From: Candidatus Micrarchaeota archaeon
GTDB lineage: Archaea; Micrarchaeota; Micrarchaeia; Norongarragalinales; JACRGE01
Direction of reading: 5' to 3'
NCBI GenBank assembly: GCA_016212465.1
Contig: JACRGE010000017.1
Location: 1 to 58,210 of the forward strand
DNA: 58,210 nt
Shown: in pieces, positions 1-10,064 of the stretch
Numbering within the stretch: the first letter of the stretch is position 1
How the letters are laid out: every line of letters starts with the position of its first letter
Program-made: the position numbers and the translations under genes
Notes under the pieces: model-generated
Database searches by the model: none
What the model saw: the letters and a program-made list of their open reading frames with translations, nothing else
Told to the model about the DNA's origin: nothing

Positions 1-1
1 A

Positions 2-268
2 GAAGCGCTTGCGGGAGAAAAAAAGCAAGCTGGTGCCATCGTTTTGAGGGAAGCACATCCCGGCTACGTTCCCCTAGGAGTATTCAACGTTCGCGAAAAC
101 GTGCGTTCTGCATTGATGCAAAGAGGAAAGGAAATTGATTCTCTGAAAAGCGCGTTGGCTTATTTGTCAACGAAATTCAGGTTGCCAATTTCCCGCTTCG
201 TAAATGAGAGCACTCTTCTAAAGGATTTGCTGCTCGGCAGGCAGACTAATTTAGCGAGATATATTTAA
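2..268 (+). CDS. C-terminal fragment of an NreA-like (Nre family) protein, 5' end cut by the window edge
   Basis: The frame is open back to the window start. ...[27 protein letters not shown] resembles the conserved Nre C-terminal block (PxGVWxVRExVR) as I recall it. Confidence 0.5.
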   Translation, partial: EALAGEKKQAGAIVLREAHPGYVPLGVFNVRENVRSALMQRGKEIDSLKSALAYLSTKFRLPISRFVNESTLLKDLLLGRQTNLARYI

Positions 269-287
269 TTTTTCTAAATAAATTGCT

Positions 288-1481
288 CTATAAACTTCCT
301 GAGATTCTTTCAACTGCTTCCTTAATTTTATCTTCGTTCTGCGTCAACGCGAACCTGACATAGCCTTCTCCATATTTCCCAAATCCAGTTCCCGCCGTGA
401 TGACGACGCCTTGTTCCAACACTTTCTTCACGAAAGAAAGCGAGTCCCCGAAGGGAACGCGCGCCCACACGTAAAATGTTGCTTTCGGTTTACTGCACTT
501 TACCCCAATTCCATTCAATCCGTCAGCCAACACGTTTCTCCTGTATTCATATTCTTTCATTATTTTTTCAACCACTTCCGGCCTTTTTCTTGAAGTGTAT
601 GAAGCCAGTGCGGCAGCACCAGCTTTTTGAATGTACATTGGACACCCGGAATCGATGTTGCTCTTGATTTTCTTCAAGCCTGCGGTGGCCTTTTCATTTC
701 CAACAGCCCAGCCTACTCTGTGGCCAGTCATGCAGAAAGTCTTCGAGCACGAGTGAAACTCTACTGCGCATTCTTTTGCTCCCTCGAACTCGAAAATGGA
801 TGGGGCTACATAATCATCGAACGTAAATTCTGAGTAGGCGTTGTCATAGCATAGAATTAGGTTATTTTCTAATGCAAATTGTATTGTTTCTTTCAAAAAT
901 TCGTTTGATGCAACTGCTCCGATGGGATTGTTGGGGTAGTTCACGTAGACCATTTTGGATTTTTTTAGCTCAGATTGGGGGATTGCGTCGTACTGGGGCA
1001 AAAAGCCATTTTCCTCCAGAAGGGGCATTACTACTGGTTTTCCATCGCATAAAATGGTTGCGCCATTGTAATAAACAGGATAAGCAGGATCGGGGACGAG
1101 CACGGAATCGCCGGGATTCACGAACGCCCTAGCAATATTGGCTATGCCTTCCTTGGAGCCCATTACGTTGCACACTTCTTTATCTGGATCCAGCTCTACG
1201 CCAAACCGAATGAAATACCATTTCGCAACCGCTTCCCTGTAGAACCGCTCTCCTTGCGAAGACGGATACTGGTGATTCCCAGGTTTTTCCACTTCTTCCT
1301 GAAGCACTTCTATAACGAATTTTGGCGTAGGGATGTCTGGGTCGCCGATGCCGAGGGAAATAATGTCAACCCCCTGCTTTTTCTTTTCTGCAGTCAGCCT
1401 CTCAAGCTCCGCAAAAAGATAGGGAGGGATTCTTCCCGCTCTTGAAGAGTATTCAATGTTCATGAAAAAACCTTCACTCAT
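288..1481 (-). CDS. dapL: LL-diaminopimelate aminotransferase-like PLP aminotransferase (class I/II)
   Basis: N-terminal RIPPYLFAELERL...GVDIISLGIGDPDIPTP and the PLP-lysine block SCSKTFCMTGHRVGW. ATGA start/stop overlap with lysA. Alternative start at 1463 (MNIEYSS). Confidence 0.75.
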   Translation of the reverse strand: MSEGFFMNIEYSSRAGRIPPYLFAELERLTAEKKKQGVDIISLGIGDPDIPTPKFVIEVLQEEVEKPGNHQYPSSQGERFYREAVAKWYFIRFGVELDPDKEVCNVMGSKEGIANIARAFVNPGDSVLVPDPAYPVYYNGATILCDGKPVVMPLLEENGFLPQYDAIPQSELKKSKMVYVNYPNNPIGAVASNEFLKETIQFALENNLILCYDNAYSEFTFDDYVAPSIFEFEGAKECAVEFHSCSKTFCMTGHRVGWAVGNEKATAGLKKIKSNIDSGCPMYIQKAGAAALASYTSRKRPEVVEKIMKEYEYRRNVLADGLNGIGVKCSKPKATFYVWARVPFGDSLSFVKKVLEQGVVITAGTGFGKYGEGYVRFALTQNEDKIKEAVERISGSL

Positions 1482-2776
1482 TTCAGTAGTCTCTCTGGCA
1501 CCCTTACCTTGCTGATTAAATCGCCAAACGATTCTCTTTCGCGAATAACCTCTGATTTCCCATTATTCACTAAAACTTCTGCCGCCCTCGGGCGAGTGTT
1601 GTATTGAGAACTCATTGAAAAGCCGTACGCACCCGCATTAAGGATTGCAATCACATCGCCTTCCTCAATTATTGGTAGTTCTCTGTCTTTCGCCAACTGG
1701 TCTGTGTTTTCGCAAATAGGCCCAACTACGTTCACTGTTTCCGTCCTTATTTCGCTCAGTTTGTTTGCAACGAACATCTGATGGTATGCGTTGTACAACG
1801 CGGGACGAAGCAGCGTGTTCATTCCTGCGTCAACGCCCACGAACTTTTTTTCGGCAGTCTTTTTTATTGCGTGCACTCTCGTCAAAAGAATGGTGGAATC
1901 GCATACTATGAATCTGCCTGGCTCAATAAATAAATAAGGTTCTCCCATGTTTTTTTCCTCGATTTTTTCCTTGAACTTGGTTGCAACTCTCTTGCCAGTT
2001 TCCTCTATGTCCAAATCGTTTTCTCCCAGCTTGTAGGGGACTCCGAACCCCCCTCCGATGTTAACGAAATCAAAACTGATTCCTAGCCCCTCTGAAATCC
2101 TTCCTGCGATATCAAAAAGCATTCCTGCCACCTGCTCGAAATACGCTGGGTCGCGGACGCAAGAGCCCGTCATCATGTGGATTCCGAACCTTTTGAAACC
2201 GTGCTCCTTGGCTTTCCTGTACGCTTCTACTATCTTGTCTGCCGTAATGCCGAACTTTGCGTCAGGTCCGGAGAAAACAAGGCCGAAATCGCTTTTTCCA
2301 ACACCAGGATTGAATCGGAAGCATATCACCGGAGGAATGTTTGGAGGTGAAGCGAACTTCACGAGTCGATCGATGTACGTCCAGTCATCCAAATTGATTT
2401 TCACACTCATTTCACAAGCGTACTTGAATTCCCCATCAGAATTGTAGTTCCCTGTATAAAGCAAGTCGTCTGTTTTGAATCCCGCCTTTTTTGCCAAAAA
2501 AAGTTCTGCAGGGCACGAGCAATCCGCTCCCGAGCCCTCCTGCCTCAGAATATTAAGGATGGCGAGGTTGTTATTGGCCTTGATTGCATAGTATAACCTG
2601 AATTTCTTGTAGTGCTTTGAGAAAGCTGAGACCATCCGCCCATAGTTTTCTCTGATTCTCGTTTCGTCCGTTGCATAAAGAGGCGTTCCGTACTTTTCAG
2701 CTAGTTCAGTGCACGAGATTCCACCCATAAAAAGCAGTCCATCTCGGTTCTCTAAAGGTTTTTCTATTTTCCACAT
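1478..2776 (-). CDS. lysA: Diaminopimelate decarboxylase
   Basis: Orn/DAP/Arg decarboxylase family 2 motifs YAIKANNN (PLP Lys) and GGGFGVPY. About 430 aa, and coupled to the DAP aminotransferase. Confidence 0.85.
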   Translation of the reverse strand: MWKIEKPLENRDGLLFMGGISCTELAEKYGTPLYATDETRIRENYGRMVSAFSKHYKKFRLYYAIKANNNLAILNILRQEGSGADCSCPAELFLAKKAGFKTDDLLYTGNYNSDGEFKYACEMSVKINLDDWTYIDRLVKFASPPNIPPVICFRFNPGVGKSDFGLVFSGPDAKFGITADKIVEAYRKAKEHGFKRFGIHMMTGSCVRDPAYFEQVAGMLFDIAGRISEGLGISFDFVNIGGGFGVPYKLGENDLDIEETGKRVATKFKEKIEEKNMGEPYLFIEPGRFIVCDSTILLTRVHAIKKTAEKKFVGVDAGMNTLLRPALYNAYHQMFVANKLSEIRTETVNVVGPICENTDQLAKDRELPIIEEGDVIAILNAGAYGFSMSSQYNTRPRAAEVLVNNGKSEVIRERESFGDLISKVRVPERLLK

Positions 2777-2795
2777 TCACTATCACCATTAAAAA

Positions 2796-3203
2796 TTAGT
2801 TCTTCTTCAAAACAGTGAAGCACTCGGTCTCAACAATAGATTTGGTCGTTCTTATGTTCTCCAATATGCCGTTCAATTCACGCATGGAATGCGCCTTTAC
2901 GATGCAGATTATGTCGTACTTGCCTGCAACCTCATAGATCTCCTCCAGGGAGTGTTGTTTGAGTTTTTTTATCACTTGCTCCGTTGGGGTCTGGGGATTA
3001 GTCTTCACACATATTATTGCCTGTTGCTCCAACTCTGTTCCGACTTCTATGGTGAACTTTTTTACCACCCCCATTTTGACTAGCTTGCCGACTCTTTTTC
3101 TTACTGTTCCTTCTACCACACTGAGTTTCTCAGCAATCTTGGAAAAGGGAATTCGTCCATTTTTTTTCAATGTCTCAATTATTTCAACATCAATCTTGTC
3201 CAT
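2796..3203 (-). CDS. Lrp/AsnC family transcriptional regulator
   Basis: MDKIDVEIIETLKKNGRIPFSKIAEKLSVVEGTVRKRVGKL is a typical Lrp HTH, followed by a RAM-like C-terminal domain. Start chosen at the ATG preceded by AGGTGG; the ORF track extends to 3233. Confidence 0.8.
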   Translation of the reverse strand: MDKIDVEIIETLKKNGRIPFSKIAEKLSVVEGTVRKRVGKLVKMGVVKKFTIEVGTELEQQAIICVKTNPQTPTEQVIKKLKQHSLEEIYEVAGKYDIICIVKAHSMRELNGILENIRTTKSIVETECFTVLKKN

Positions 3204-3857
3204 ACGCCCACCTGGAACCTCCTTGGGTTGCAACGGAGAATAGGCAATCAGATTACGAATTTAATTAAATATTGGACAAAAAGTAATATAAATAGTATAT
3301 TTTGTTACGAAACATGTAAATTTGCTGTGAGCGCATTCAAAAAGTTCAACAGAACTCTTATTGAAATGCTGTCGAGTTTGTAGTTTTTTTACATGTATGC
3401 AGAACATCATATGAGCTACAGACTTCTCGGAAGGTCTCTTTTTTTGATGAAAAGATTTAAATATAACCTTTTGTTAATGATTGCGTATTAAGTTAAATTA
3501 GAAGGTGACACAAGTGGCGAAAAAGAAGAAGAAGAAATAAAACTTAAACTTTTTTTGAATAGTCTTTTTTAATTCCTTTTTTCTCTTTTTGGCTTCCCCC
3601 GCTCCTCATTCTGGTTGTACATAAATTACTCCTATTGGTCTAGTTACTACCTTTGATTAAAACTGTTCAAAATATGGGGGGGGTTAAGGGAACGTCAAGA
3701 ATGGAAGGAGGGTTAAGGAAACTGCGTGAAGCCCTGTCAGCTCTGTTTGGCTTCATGCCGTTTGGAAACTGTTTGAAACCTTGTTGTATTGTAAATTGTT
3801 GGGTTTCATACAGTTGGGAAACGTAGTTCCCTATAGGATTGAAGGAACTTTGGTTCC

Positions 3858-6632
3858 TCAACTGGATTGTTTGGCCGCGTTTCCTACGTACTTGAATATC
3901 TTGACTTGGCCGTTTTGGGGCGACCTGTAAACGAGTTCGAATCCTGGAAGGTCTTCGAGGAAGTAAAGACGCGCGAATGCGGAGTCAAGCAGTTTGCTCT
4001 TCTTTCCAATGAAGCCGAGTTGGGGGTTTAAATTCAGGAAAGCGCCAGTCCCTATGGGCACCAAGTAGCTCATGTTGTAGTCTATTTCTTTTTCTTTTCC
4101 CGATGTTATCTTGTATGGCCACTTGCAGTACGGCTTGCTCATGTCCTCTACGCACTCCTGTGAAATCAACAGCAATTCACCGGCTTGGTTCTGGGGTTGG
4201 GTGACGCAATAAAGTGGCATGTCTTGCCTCCAGAAGCTGCTTACCATGGTGGATAGCCTAACAGGCGAAATTCGTTTGGGGCACTCCTGTTGCGAGACAT
4301 ACATGTATTCGAAATAATGTTCTCTTTCATAATCGCTTGCTCCTGCTCCCTTCCTCCAATCCTCTATGCCTGGCTTTTCTGGGCAAGTGGGTTCACTGAT
4401 GCGTGCGCTGATATTCTTGTAGCAAACTCCCGCTAGATAGGTGAGCGCACCCCACTTGGGAACGAGTTCAGAGTCCACGAGCACGTGTGTTGCATTATGA
4501 TTCTTCATGGTGAAATAAAGATCCCCTAATGTTCCGTCAACGAAGGCATGCGCGGTCTCTAGATCGTACTCCCAATAAAAGTTTCCTGGATCCAAAACAG
4601 TGTGCGATTCGCCGAAGAAAGTTGTCCAATGGCCGTAGTCCCACCACGAGAGTACTCTGCCGTTTTTTCCTATGTTTTTCTGCATCCAACCAAATGCATC
4701 AATCCAATCTGAAGTGATTCTCGTACCCTTGAGGCCTTCCATCATTGGCAACACTTTAGTTGCTTGAGCGCCGACCACGATAAATCCAATTAAGAGAATG
4801 AAAGAGAGTGAAACTAATTTTGCGCTTCTCTCTGATGTGATCTTAAATGAATTGTTTAACCTAATCAGCAGCTTCATGGTTTCGCCGAGAATGAATGCAG
4901 CTGCAAGCGAAAGAGCGAACGAGAGGTGTACCATGTACTTCAATTTGTTTAAACCAACGTAGGCGATAGGGAAAATTATCAGAATGAATAGTACGAGCAG
5001 GTATTCTCTTTTTTCGGAATAATGGAAGTAAACCACTACGCTAACGGTGGCCGCGAGAAAATACAGCATTATGTCCAAAGACATGATCCCCGACAAGTTG
5101 AACCAGGAAAAGACAAGCGATATTGCTTCTGCAACATACCTGTTTAATGCCGTGAGAACTAAAGCAAAAACTATGACTGCAACTGAAACAACCTTGTTTT
5201 TTGTAAAGGAAACCGCAAACGCGGAAACAGCGACGATTACGGCCAAAATCGCAAGCAATGGTTTGGGGTTAAATAATTCGCCGAAGGATGAGGCAAACAT
5301 TCCTTCGTAGGTCGGATTCTCCTCTTGAACTGTCATCATAAGCGGTGACTGCGGCTTCGCATAAACAGAGCCGTAGTTGATGTAGCCGTAGAACCTTTCG
5401 CCGAGTGGCGTGACTACCGCCAGTACAAGCATTATCCCGAGCAGTCCTCCAAACGCGATTCCTTTAGAGATCTTTAACTTGAAGGTTGAAAGATAAAGTA
5501 TTAGTCCAGGAACGGTCGCAACGACTATGAAAAGTATGCTCCCAGGCCAGAAATAAACCGCTGGAGGGTTTGCTTGATACAATGCCAACACTGCATTGCC
5601 GAGTAACGCACCAGCTGCAACGATGGCGTTTATCACGATCGCCTTGCTGTCCAGACTGTTCCTGAAGAAATCCAATAGCGTCTGGAGCATGATGTACGCG
5701 GAAACAACGAGCAACGGCCACACGAACTGCGCGGAGCCAAGAACTGCCGCGAAGACAGCAAGTCCAGCCAATAGCGCAATTCTAAAGCTTTTCTTGCCAT
5801 ACGCCAGTGCATAAAGTACGAAAATCGCCAGTGCAGTGAAAATGCCGAAAGGCTGTTGCTCAGCCACGCCTGCGGCCATCTTTTGAATCAGTTGGGGCAT
5901 GAGTGCGAAGAACGCCGCCCCTAGAATAGCGATCCATTTGTCGTACTCATCTCTCAGGAAGATATAAGCAAGAAAGCACATTAGGGCGGCCAGCAGAGGG
6001 GGGTAAACCTGGGCAGTGAGCAGCAGCATCTCCTTGCTATAGGATTGGCCGAGAAAATCTTTGTAGAGAACGTACCAAGAGCCAGTCATGTAATGCATTA
6101 ACGGAGGAACCCTGTGGAATTTCTTCACGGGATAATACGCATCGTCGTCATACAACGGCACGTAGCCTTGCTTGACGAGGTAGCCCGTGACATGAGTGTA
6201 ATAAATCGGGTCAAACTCAAAAAAGTATGGACTCCAGGAAGTGGCAAAGCGCGCGAAAAAGGCAAAGACCATTATGAGAAGTACTACGAAAGCCGGCCAG
6301 TTCCTTCCCAGAGTCTCCTCCGGCTTTTCCCCCAAGGAAAGAACAGCTCTTAAAGTTGCTTCACTGACCTGCTTCTGATAAATTAATGCGCCCAAGGCAA
6401 GCGAGAACAATATGCCTGCATTCAAGAGAACGAGCTGGCTATTCAACAATGCGCCAAAAGCAACAAACTCAAGGAGGCTCAATGCCGGATTCAAGAGAAA
6501 CCCAAAGATGATTCCAAGCAGTCCTTTCTCCCAATTCGCCAGCTCAACTCCTTTCAGCAAAACGAAAGCCAGCATAACGCCTGGAATACAGAAAATTAAG
6601 CCTATTAACAAAACCACTAAAAACTCAATCAT
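3858..6632 (-). CDS. aglB: Archaeal oligosaccharyltransferase AglB (STT3 family)
   Basis: About 13 predicted TM helices, then a soluble C-terminal domain with the diagnostic WWDYGHW motif (VLSWWDYGHWTTFFG). Confidence 0.9.
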   Translation of the reverse strand: MIEFLVVLLIGLIFCIPGVMLAFVLLKGVELANWEKGLLGIIFGFLLNPALSLLEFVAFGALLNSQLVLLNAGILFSLALGALIYQKQVSEATLRAVLSLGEKPEETLGRNWPAFVVLLIMVFAFFARFATSWSPYFFEFDPIYYTHVTGYLVKQGYVPLYDDDAYYPVKKFHRVPPLMHYMTGSWYVLYKDFLGQSYSKEMLLLTAQVYPPLLAALMCFLAYIFLRDEYDKWIAILGAAFFALMPQLIQKMAAGVAEQQPFGIFTALAIFVLYALAYGKKSFRIALLAGLAVFAAVLGSAQFVWPLLVVSAYIMLQTLLDFFRNSLDSKAIVINAIVAAGALLGNAVLALYQANPPAVYFWPGSILFIVVATVPGLILYLSTFKLKISKGIAFGGLLGIMLVLAVVTPLGERFYGYINYGSVYAKPQSPLMMTVQEENPTYEGMFASSFGELFNPKPLLAILAVIVAVSAFAVSFTKNKVVSVAVIVFALVLTALNRYVAEAISLVFSWFNLSGIMSLDIMLYFLAATVSVVVYFHYSEKREYLLVLFILIIFPIAYVGLNKLKYMVHLSFALSLAAAFILGETMKLLIRLNNSFKITSERSAKLVSLSFILLIGFIVVGAQATKVLPMMEGLKGTRITSDWIDAFGWMQKNIGKNGRVLSWWDYGHWTTFFGESHTVLDPGNFYWEYDLETAHAFVDGTLGDLYFTMKNHNATHVLVDSELVPKWGALTYLAGVCYKNISARISEPTCPEKPGIEDWRKGAGASDYEREHYFEYMYVSQQECPKRISPVRLSTMVSSFWRQDMPLYCVTQPQNQAGELLLISQECVEDMSKPYCKWPYKITSGKEKEIDYNMSYLVPIGTGAFLNLNPQLGFIGKKSKLLDSAFARLYFLEDLPGFELVYRSPQNGQVKIFKYVGNAAKQSS

Positions 6633-6835
6633 TAGAAAACCCTAAAATCGGAACCCACCGTTAGCAGAAGCAATAGGAGATACGAAGAAGAAGTTAAAAA
6701 GCCTTTTTTGTTAATGAGCCCAGAAGTTGAAAATCCTGCCAAACTCATTTCCTTAAAAAACCGCCCGCTCGCCTTTGGGGGAGGTATTTAAATAGCGGAG
6801 CAATTCATAAATCCTGCAGTTTCCAATAATTATAC

Positions 6836-7198
6836 GTAGGTGGTGAGTGCACAGCTGACCGTAGCGCCGCAAGGCGCGGCGGAGGAAGTTCTGCCCACCG
6901 AACTGCTCGCAAGAGCGGTTTCAAAGGACGCGAGTCCCCTGCTTAAGGCAGGAGCGGCGAATTAGAAAAAAATATCTCTTCGATTCGATGAAAATGAACT
7001 CAAACGAAGAGAAGCGAAGATGAGTGAAAACGCCCGCTTGGTGCAACACCCTTTGCCGGTGGCTTAGACCGATGCTGTGGCTAACAAAAGGCAGTAGCCT
7101 TTTCTTTCTTCAAAGAAAGAAAACCCTAGGGAAAAGAAAGAACTTTGGGAGAAAAGAAAAATCAACCAAGGCTGCCGAAACTACGGCTCACCGCCTAC
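6836..7198 (+). ncRNA. rnpB: RNase P RNA (archaeal type)
   Basis: P1 pairing of GTAGGTGGTGAG (6836-6847) with CTCACCGCCTAC (7187-7198). P3-like hairpin GCGCC-GCAA-GGCGC. CR-I-like GGAGGAAGTTCTGCCC. 3' blocks GGCTTAGACCGATG and CCGAAACTACGGCTCA resemble the conserved CUAGAUGAAUG and ACAGAAnnCGGCUUA. An oligo-T tract follows. The track ORF 7024-7224 is spurious. Confidence 0.8.
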
Positions 7199-7275
7199 AC
7201 TTCTTTTCTGCCAGCAAACATTAATATCTATTCTTATTATAGTTTTATTTGAGTCGTCTATTTCAGGTGCGTTTT

Positions 7276-9903
7276 ATGATTACCAAAGATTCTTTGAAAA
7301 AAGAGTTTGCAGCGAATTACAAAAAATTCTATGAAATTCCTTTCTTTAAGGAAGCGGGTTTTGAGAGAAAGGTTTGCCCCAAATGTGGACGCGGTTTTTG
7401 GAGTGCGGGCAGAGAGGACTGCGGGAACTCCGTTCACGAGGACTACTCGTTTTTCAGAAAACCCCCCCGGAAGGAAACCTATTCAACTTTCTGGAAAAAG
7501 TATGCGGATTTCTGGAAGAAGCATAGGCATACCATAATAAACCGCTATCCTGTGCTCTCAAGGTGGAGGGATGATCTTTATTTCACGAACGCGAGCATAG
7601 TGGACTTCCAGAGGCTTGAGAACGGAAGAGTCGTGTTCGAATACCCAGCAAATCCTTTAATAGTGCCTCAAATTTGTCTGCGATTTAACGACTTGGCGAA
7701 CGTCGGAGTTACTGGAAGGCACATGAGCTGTTTCACTATGGCTGGTCAGCACGCCTTCAATCCGCCGAGGGAAGGGTACTGGAAGGAAAAATGCCTTGAA
7801 TTGAATTACAAATTTCTTACTGAAGTGCTTGAACTCAAGAAGGAAGAGATCACTTACGTGGAAGACGTCTGGGCCATGCCTGATTTCTCTGCGTTTGGGC
7901 CTTGCATGGAGAGCTTTGCGAAGGGCCTTGAGCTAGTGAACAGCGTCTTCATGCAGTATACCTATAGGAACGGCCACATGGAAGAACTTTCAACGAAGGT
8001 GATTGACGTTGGCTGGGGCTTTGAGAGGCTTCCCTGGTTTTATAACGGCAGTCTCACTGTTTATGATGCGGTTTTTTCCAGAGAAATTGCGTTCATGAAG
8101 GAAAAGAGTTCATTTGACGTGGACGAGGGGCTTCTTGAGAAGTATGCGCATTACTCCGCGAGGCTTGATGTGGAAGAAGCGGTCAGCATAAGGGAAGAGA
8201 AGGAGCGAATTGCGAAAGCCTTGGGAATCCCCTTCGCTGAACTCGAGGAGACGATCTCGCCCCTCCAAGGCATTTATGCGATAGCAGATCACTCAAGGGC
8301 ACTATTGTTTGCATTAACAGATGGTGCAATTCCATCGAATACGGCTGGTGGGTACAACCTTCGTGTCGTTGCGCGGCGGGCAATGGGGTTCATCACAGAA
8401 TTCGGCTTTGACTTTGATCTCATGGACGTCATCGGAATGATTGCCGAAGATTTGAAGAAGGAGTATCCGGAGCTTTTGGAAAGCCTCTGTTTCATCGACA
8501 AGATACTTGAAGTGGAGAAGCGGAAGTACCAGGAGAGCTTTGAAAAAGCGAGGAAAACTGCTGGGGAAGTGGTCGCTCGCGGCGAAAGCCCTTCTGTTGA
8601 AAAACTCATCATGCTTTATGAAAGCCATGGTATCACGCCAGAGTTACTTGAGAAAGTCGGGAAGGAGGTAGGCAAGGAGGTAACGATTCCCAGCGAGTTC
8701 TATCACAGACTGACTGAGAGGCATCTGATGGAGGAAAGAAAGAGGGAAGAACTCGGAGTGAAAGCGCCGTCCACGAAACTCGTTTACTATGAAAAATCAG
8801 GTCTCTTCGAGCTTGACGCCGAAGTGGTTGCAAGGCATGGAAATGCCCTTGTCTTGGACAAGACGATTTTTTATCCCGAGGGAGGAGGCCAGATGTTTGA
8901 CCTCGGCTTAATAAACGGCGCCAAAGTCGTCAACGTCCAGAAATCCGAAGGCATCGTGCTCCACTACCTGAAGAACGGCAAGGAATTGGAGAAATTCAAG
9001 GTTGGTCAGAAAGTCAGGTTGAAGATTGATGTAGCGCGCCGCAAGGCAATCCAGATGCACCACTCAGCGACTCATGTCTTGATTTCCTCTGCAAGAGACG
9101 TTTTGGGTAAGCATGTTTGGCAAGCAGGCAGCAAAAAGGATGAAGATGTTGCTCATGTTGACATCACTCATTACGACAAGCTTTCAAAGGACGAGCGGGG
9201 CAGGATAGAGTCCCTGGCGAATGAACGTGTTTTTGCTGGAAAAAAGATAGGGGTAAAGGAAATGGAGCGAGGCAAAGCAGAGAAGAAATACGGGTTCAGG
9301 CTGTACCAAGGCGGTGGCGCCATAGGAAAGAAAATCCGAATCGTGGAAATAGAGGGCATTGACGTGGAAGCATGCGGTGGACTCCACTGTTCCAACACAA
9401 GTGAATTGGGTTTCATAAAAATCGTGGGAACCGAGCAGGTGCAAGACGGCATCGTAAGACTGTATTTCAAGGCGGGAGAAAAGGCGTTGAAGTACGTTCA
9501 AGCAGAGGAAACACTGTTGGAGGAATCATGCTCTGTATTGAACGTGCAAAAGGATGCGCTGCCTTCTTCAGTAAAACGCTTTTTCGAGGAATGGAAAGAA
9601 AGAGGGAAGGCGCTGGAGGAAGTCCAGCTCGAGCTCGCTGGAATCTATGCCGTTGAACTCAAGCGTGGACTAGAGCACACAAAACTGGTTGAGAAATGCA
9701 TCGGCCGCCTGAGCCAGAAGCTGGTTGAAAAAATCACTTTGGAGATTGCGAGGGAAGATGCCTGGTGTGGAATCATCTCTAATTCTGACGGATTCATTTG
9801 CGTCGCCTGCCATCCGCTGAGTGGAAAGAGCGCTGTTTCACTCCTGAAGGAAAGGGGAAGAGGCGGCGGGGATGAGGGGTTTGCAAGAGGAAAGATATTT
9901 TAA
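7276..9903 (+). CDS. alaS: Alanyl-tRNA synthetase, archaeal type
   Basis: N-terminal Zn-ribbon-like CPKCGRGFWS...CGN, editing-domain HHSATHVL and CGGLHC motifs, and a C-terminal DHHA1-like GGGDEGFARGK. Start placed at the first ATG; the track ORF begins at 7249. Confidence 0.9.
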   Translation: MITKDSLKKEFAANYKKFYEIPFFKEAGFERKVCPKCGRGFWSAGREDCGNSVHEDYSFFRKPPRKETYSTFWKKYADFWKKHRHTIINRYPVLSRWRDDLYFTNASIVDFQRLENGRVVFEYPANPLIVPQICLRFNDLANVGVTGRHMSCFTMAGQHAFNPPREGYWKEKCLELNYKFLTEVLELKKEEITYVEDVWAMPDFSAFGPCMESFAKGLELVNSVFMQYTYRNGHMEELSTKVIDVGWGFERLPWFYNGSLTVYDAVFSREIAFMKEKSSFDVDEGLLEKYAHYSARLDVEEAVSIREEKERIAKALGIPFAELEETISPLQGIYAIADHSRALLFALTDGAIPSNTAGGYNLRVVARRAMGFITEFGFDFDLMDVIGMIAEDLKKEYPELLESLCFIDKILEVEKRKYQESFEKARKTAGEVVARGESPSVEKLIMLYESHGITPELLEKVGKEVGKEVTIPSEFYHRLTERHLMEERKREELGVKAPSTKLVYYEKSGLFELDAEVVARHGNALVLDKTIFYPEGGGQMFDLGLINGAKVVNVQKSEGIVLHYLKNGKELEKFKVGQKVRLKIDVARRKAIQMHHSATHVLISSARDVLGKHVWQAGSKKDEDVAHVDITHYDKLSKDERGRIESLANERVFAGKKIGVKEMERGKAEKKYGFRLYQGGGAIGKKIRIVEIEGIDVEACGGLHCSNTSELGFIKIVGTEQVQDGIVRLYFKAGEKALKYVQAEETLLEESCSVLNVQKDALPSSVKRFFEEWKERGKALEEVQLELAGIYAVELKRGLEHTKLVEKCIGRLSQKLVEKITLEIAREDAWCGIISNSDGFICVACHPLSGKSAVSLLKERGRGGGDEGFARGKIF

Positions 9904-10064
9904 TTTTCTCGCTCCTTTTCTGGACAGTGCTAGAATAAGGAAAAACACATTCTTCGAAAAGAGACGTAAAATGTTTAATAATTTAAAAGAGGACGGTAGA
10001 GAATTTTGAAAAAATTTATTCTCACACCCCCTTTTCTGGTTCGTAGAATCGCGTAGGTGAGATC

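Noticed and set aside
3514-3540. SD-preceded mini-ORF V-A-K-K-K-K-K-K-stop as a lysine-sensing leader peptide for the lysine operon
   Set aside because: It is on the opposite strand from Lrp-lysA-dapL and points toward the 3' end of aglB, with no downstream gene to attenuate. Leader-peptide attenuation is also not an established archaeal mechanism. It is kept only as a curiosity within the spacer finding.
3667-3861. 64-aa ORF whose TTG start overlaps the aglB stop (TTGA junction)
   Set aside because: It has a non-ATG start, no RBS and a Gln/Asn/Pro-rich non-globular sequence. It lies in a hairpin-rich 3' region that is more likely a terminator or UTR. The evidence is insufficient to call a gene.
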